Made by a program: the position numbers and the translations under genes | Shown: in pieces, positions 56,638 to 59,824 of the stretch | How positions within the stretch are numbered: position 1 is the stretch's first letter | How the letters are laid out: the number at the start of each line of letters is the position of its first letter | The notes under the pieces: generated by a model | What the model was told of the DNA's origin: nothing | Database searches by the model: none | The model's input: only the letters and a program-made list of their open reading frames with translations | IMG/VR virus record: IMGVR_UViG_3300020385_000016 | Coordinates: 1-59,824 of that record | Reading direction: 5' to 3' (one strand) | From: a virus | Taxonomy: Duplodnaviria > Caudoviricetes | Length of the DNA: 59,824 nt

Positions 56638-58100
56638 TAATAATAATTATAAGTTCGTTTAGCTTGCGCTTCTTGCTTTTCGTCTTCTGGATGCCCTATA
56701 AATCCCCCTTGTCTAAATCGCATCACAGCTTGAGTCATACTATCGACTAAGTCATCATTCTCTCCATACGGAAAGGCAGCACACTCTTCGACTACTTCTT
56801 CTGCAAATTTGTCATCTGGCGCCCAGACTTGCCCCGATTCAAATAACGGCGCAACGGCGTTAACTCTAGCATGTTTATCGTTACCTTTGCTAGGAGTGAA
56901 ATTTATAACAGGTATCCCCATTTTTCGCAACTCATAAGTAAGAGGTAATCCTGATGCTTTGGCCTCTACAATAACTGTATCTGGATTCCAATACTTCCAT
57001 TGATCGTAAGCAACTTTCTTAAGTTCTGGAAACTCTAGTCGTTCTTTGTGTGCATCAAGTAGAATAAGATTCGGTCCGCTGTCCTCGTTTGGATAAAAGA
57101 CGCCCCACGTTGTAATCGCAGAATAGTCAGCGGTTTCTTTTTTGAGGAACGCGGTGTCGTAAGATTGTATAATATGTTCGAGCTTTGGAATATATCCTTT
57201 GTCCCAAACTTTCCACCATTCACGTTTAATGATTGATCCTTCTTCTGCTGTTGGATCTTGCATCCACTGTGCATTCCATTTACCAATGGATAGCGAAGCT
57301 TTGACCGCTTCAAGTTCTTTTAGTGCCCAATACTCTGGCCATACCGGTTTACCTGATGGCATGATTGCTGGAAACTCAATCACTTCCCATTGATCTGATT
57401 TTAATTCTTTTTGAGATTTAATTAACATTCCTGTTAAATCTTTTGTATTCCATCTCGTCATAACTACAACGATTGCTCCACCGGGTTGAAGTCTTTGTCG
57501 TGGTCCTGATGTATACCATTCATAAGCTCGCTCAAGAGCTGTGATGTTTAATGCGTCTTGCTCCGAATGTGGATCATCGATAATAAGTAAATCCGCACCA
57601 CGGCCCGTTATCGCCGATCCAACACCGGCTGCATAATATTCACCACCTTGTTCTGTTTCCCATTTGCCCGCGGCTTGCGAATCTTCTTTAAGTCTTGTTT
57701 TGAAAACGGATTGGTATTCGGGTGTATCAATTAAGTTTTTAGCTTTACGTCCAAAGCGGATCGCTAATTCTGTAGTGTGAGTTGTTTGTATAATCTTAAG
57801 ATCTGGTTTACGACCAACCATCCAAGCAGGAAGTAAGAACGAACTAAATTCAGACTTTGTATGTCTTGGTGGCATATTAATAATAATTCTTTTTAATTTG
57901 CCATTTGCCAAACGGTTAAATTTTTCTGCAATTTTTTTGTGATGATCACCTTCTATAAATTCAGGCCATACATGTTTTACAAAAGAAAGGAAATCAGATT
58001 TGACTTTGTTTTCGGTTTTTTTTTCAGAAAGCTTTATAGCATACTTCATGAAATCTTTTTTTACGTCAGGAGGTAACTTGTCTATAATTTCTTGTTTCAT
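56637..58100 (-). CDS. terL: terminase large subunit
   Basis: NMPPRHTKS, TGRGADLLIIDDP, MTRW, SYDTA, DYSA, EAKASG, DDLVDS. Confidence 0.95.
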   Translation of the reverse strand: MKQEIIDKLPPDVKKDFMKYAIKLSEKKTENKVKSDFLSFVKHVWPEFIEGDHHKKIAEKFNRLANGKLKRIIINMPPRHTKSEFSSFLLPAWMVGRKPDLKIIQTTHTTELAIRFGRKAKNLIDTPEYQSVFKTRLKEDSQAAGKWETEQGGEYYAAGVGSAITGRGADLLIIDDPHSEQDALNITALERAYEWYTSGPRQRLQPGGAIVVVMTRWNTKDLTGMLIKSQKELKSDQWEVIEFPAIMPSGKPVWPEYWALKELEAVKASLSIGKWNAQWMQDPTAEEGSIIKREWWKVWDKGYIPKLEHIIQSYDTAFLKKETADYSAITTWGVFYPNEDSGPNLILLDAHKERLEFPELKKVAYDQWKYWNPDTVIVEAKASGLPLTYELRKMGIPVINFTPSKGNDKHARVNAVAPLFESGQVWAPDDKFAEEVVEECAAFPYGENDDLVDSMTQAVMRFRQGGFIGHPEDEKQEAQAKRTYNYY

Positions 58101-58301
58101 AAAATTTTGTGCAGAATTTTTTAAGAGCTCTGTTTATTGCTATAAGTATTTTATACCATATCTATCTCTAAAACTAGGCATAAAGGTAAACTGTGTGGGA
58201 CCCCTATGCGCAAAGGGTGTGTGGGGGTCAATTGTGGCAACATTGTGGCAATCTCTTTGGGACCCACCGGGCGCCCTGGCGCACAACCTGTGGTTGTAGT
58301 C

Positions 58302-58319
58302 CGCCCCCGTTAGGGGGCG
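58302..58319. terminator. GC-rich hairpin
   Basis: CGCCCCC-GTTA-GGGGGCG. Confidence 0.55.
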
Positions 58320-58364
58320 ACCCATTTTGGACACATAGATGCTTGACATCTATGGGAAAATATG

Positions 58365-58634
58365 CTAGTCCAATAACTTATAATATTCGTCAGTAAAGTT
58401 TACACTGAACCAATCCAATCCCTTTCGCATTGTATCGTAGTCTTCCTCTACTTCTGCATCCTTAATCTTATCGTATACCATTGCTGCGTACCTCGGTAGT
58501 TTAACACTAACTTTACTGAACGGGTTAGTTCTAATTACTTCCTGTTGCTGTGTCTTTAGTTCGTTGCCATCCATCATCAATGTGAATGGTAGTTTGTTTG
58601 GGTACACATAGTTTAATTGTTTTGTTATAGACAT
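58365..58634 (-). CDS. hypothetical early protein
   Basis: ATG 58634 after GAAAGGAAAT; ends LDWF...EYYKLLD. Confidence 0.75.
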   Translation of the reverse strand: MSITKQLNYVYPNKLPFTLMMDGNELKTQQQEVIRTNPFSKVSVKLPRYAAMVYDKIKDAEVEEDYDTMRKGLDWFSVNFTDEYYKLLD

Positions 58635-58651
58635 ATTTCCTTTCGTTTGTT

Positions 58652-58688
58652 TATGGGATATTATAGCATAATTATTCTGCTGTGTCAA
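58652..58688 (-). promoter_or_regulatory. consensus sigma70 promoter with downstream TCCCATA operator half-site
   Basis: TTGACA-17-TATAAT with extended TG, followed by ATCCCATAA. Confidence 0.85.
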
Positions 58689-59001
58689 CCCCTCTTTCTT
58701 TTATTGTTTTATCTGTATAAGGTTCGCCATAATAATCTGTCCTTGTAAAAGTTTCAATTTCAATCGGTGTTTCAAGTGGTGTGTGTCGTGGTGCGATTGC
58801 AATGCATTGTGGCGCATACTTTCTAAAGAAATCATTCCAACAACCTTGACTACAAAAATATTGCCAACCATTATTTACATTCCACTCCGTTGTTTTTACT
58901 TTCTTAGTTCTTAAAACTTTAGAACCTTTGCTACCTCTTATCCTGTCCTGTGTGTGAGATTTGTGACACGACGGACCATGACACCATTTATAATCGCTCA
59001 T
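58672..59001 (-). CDS. Cys-containing early protein
   Basis: CHGPSC ... FCSQGC. Confidence 0.75.
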   Translation of the reverse strand: MSDYKWCHGPSCHKSHTQDRIRGSKGSKVLRTKKVKTTEWNVNNGWQYFCSQGCWNDFFRKYAPQCIAIAPRHTPLETPIEIETFTRTDYYGEPYTDKTIKERGVDTAE

Positions 59002-59178
59002 TATTCAACCCCCATAATACAGAAAAAAACAACTCCAACAAAAATTGTAAATCCTAATAAAAATAATAATGTTATCATGATGATCTATATCCCTCTATTC
59101 CCATAATAACTATTGCTACTATGAAAATTATAGAAAGCCCGATAGGGCTTTCTATAAATATTAAATTAAGTAATTCAA

Positions 59179-59379
59179 TCATATTCTAATCTTCGCCTCG
59201 CCTGTTGCCATTCTCCAACCGTCTGCGTCTAGATCCCAATAAACTAAACAAGGGTTGCCATTTTTAGATACAAATGATTTTCCCTCAGTTCCGTCAGGTT
59301 TGTTGTATTGACCTTTTCTAGTTATAAACTTCTTATGCTTTCTAGCAAAGTAAGTTATGTGAAATGTTTCGTTTTGCAT
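59179..59379 (-). CDS. hypothetical early protein
   Basis: RBS GAAAGGAAAT; YWDLDADGWRMA. Confidence 0.8.
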   Translation of the reverse strand: MQNETFHITYFARKHKKFITRKGQYNKPDGTEGKSFVSKNGNPCLVYWDLDADGWRMATGEAKIRI

Positions 59380-59395
59380 ATTTCCTTTCTGTTGT

Positions 59396-59432
59396 TATGG
59401 GACATTATAACATAATGTCCCATAGCTGTCAA
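59396..59432 (-). promoter_or_regulatory. consensus sigma70 promoter overlapped by a perfect operator palindrome
   Basis: TTGACA-17-TATAAT; TATGGGACATTAT-N3-ATAATGTCCCATA. Confidence 0.88.
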
Positions 59433-59435
59433 GTA

Positions 59436-59597
59436 TTAAATTACTGTCACTAAATGAAAAGTTTTATCATTTTCTGTGTTCAATAATTCTAGTGCTTGTA
59501 GTTTTTTTTGTGCTGTCGCCTCATCTTTATCTTGCGCCTCTACATAATAGCTGTCTTCCGATATTTTAAATTTAAGTCTTGATATTATTATGTGCAT
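59436..59597 (-). CDS. small early protein (53 aa; not in track)
   Basis: MHIIISRLKFKISEDSYYVEA...; sits between two promoters. Confidence 0.65.
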   Translation of the reverse strand: MHIIISRLKFKISEDSYYVEAQDKDEATAQKKLQALELLNTENDKTFHLVTVI

Positions 59598-59617
59598 ATT
59601 TTCTTTCTGTTAGTGTT

Positions 59618-59656
59618 TATATGGGATATTATATTACAATATCCCATATATGTCAA
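59618..59656 (-). promoter_or_regulatory. consensus sigma70 promoter overlapped by an operator palindrome
   Basis: TTGACA-17-TATAAT; TATATGGGATATT-N7-AATATCCCATATA. Confidence 0.88.
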
Positions 59657-59659
59657 GTG

Positions 59660-59824
59660 TTAATTTAATGGGCCAAATTTTTGTTGTTGCTCATATTTTA
59701 ATCTAGCCTCTATTTTATCTTTTAAAGATACTTGTTTATTCTTCATACCTTTAATCATATTAGCAAGATTGCTAGGGTTGTAGATAGTTAAACCAGTAGA
59801 ATTAGTTCTAACTAATTCTGCCTC
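59660..59824 (-). CDS. partial hypothetical protein (3' end)
   Basis: open to the window edge: EAELVRTNSTGLTIYNPSNLA... Confidence 0.65.
   Translation of the reverse strand, partial: EAELVRTNSTGLTIYNPSNLANMIKGMKNKQVSLKDKIEARLKYEQQQKFGPLN

Noticed and set aside
18570-58396. Many short + strand ORFs in the structural module (e.g. 20685, 24640, 34763, 45716, 54396, 56237, 58000)
   Set aside because: Antisense shadows of well-supported minus-strand genes
58635-58688. N-terminal extension of ORF 58365..58688
   Set aside because: This stretch is the promoter, operator and RBS; the true start is ATG 58634
1-59824. Prophage, or a closed circular genome with terminal repeats
   Set aside because: No integrase or host genes; the ends show no overlap and the last ORF is truncated without a plausible start across the junction, so some sequence is probably missing

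Overview
The window is a near-complete (~60 kb), AT-rich, apparently lytic tailed-phage genome with podovirus-like organisation. Size, gene content and order resemble HTVC023P/vSAG 37-F6-type phages of marine Pelagibacterales (SAR11); this rests on recognition, not a search. The structural and packaging module runs on the minus strand from ~58.1 kb to ~18 kb: TerL, portal, GroES, scaffold, major capsid, adaptors, three glycine-rich fibres, nozzle, ejection proteins and an M15 endolysin. A replication module (SNF2 helicase, SSB-like protein, primase, SF1 helicase, DUF3310, Leu762-type PolA, exonuclease, HNH) spans ~3.9-17.4 kb. Small early genes with near-consensus sigma70 promoters lie at both ends. 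No integrase, RNA polymerase, tRNA or CRISPR array was seen. Most notable observations: (1) a TATGGGA-core operator built into about 8 promoters, with a candidate RHH regulator; (2) a perfect Irr-type iron-control element; (3) strand-biased CAAGCNN heptamer arrays next to an orphan TerS-like gene; (4) a recurring xxGGx[VIM] tag across six virion-module proteins, one carrying HTH/AP2/HNH-like cargo; (5) five 2OG-Fe(II) oxygenase-fold genes inside the virion module; (6) a fossil fibre C-terminus showing a domain swap; (7) a candidate RBS-sequestering pseudoknot RNA; (8) an iteron-like origin candidate.
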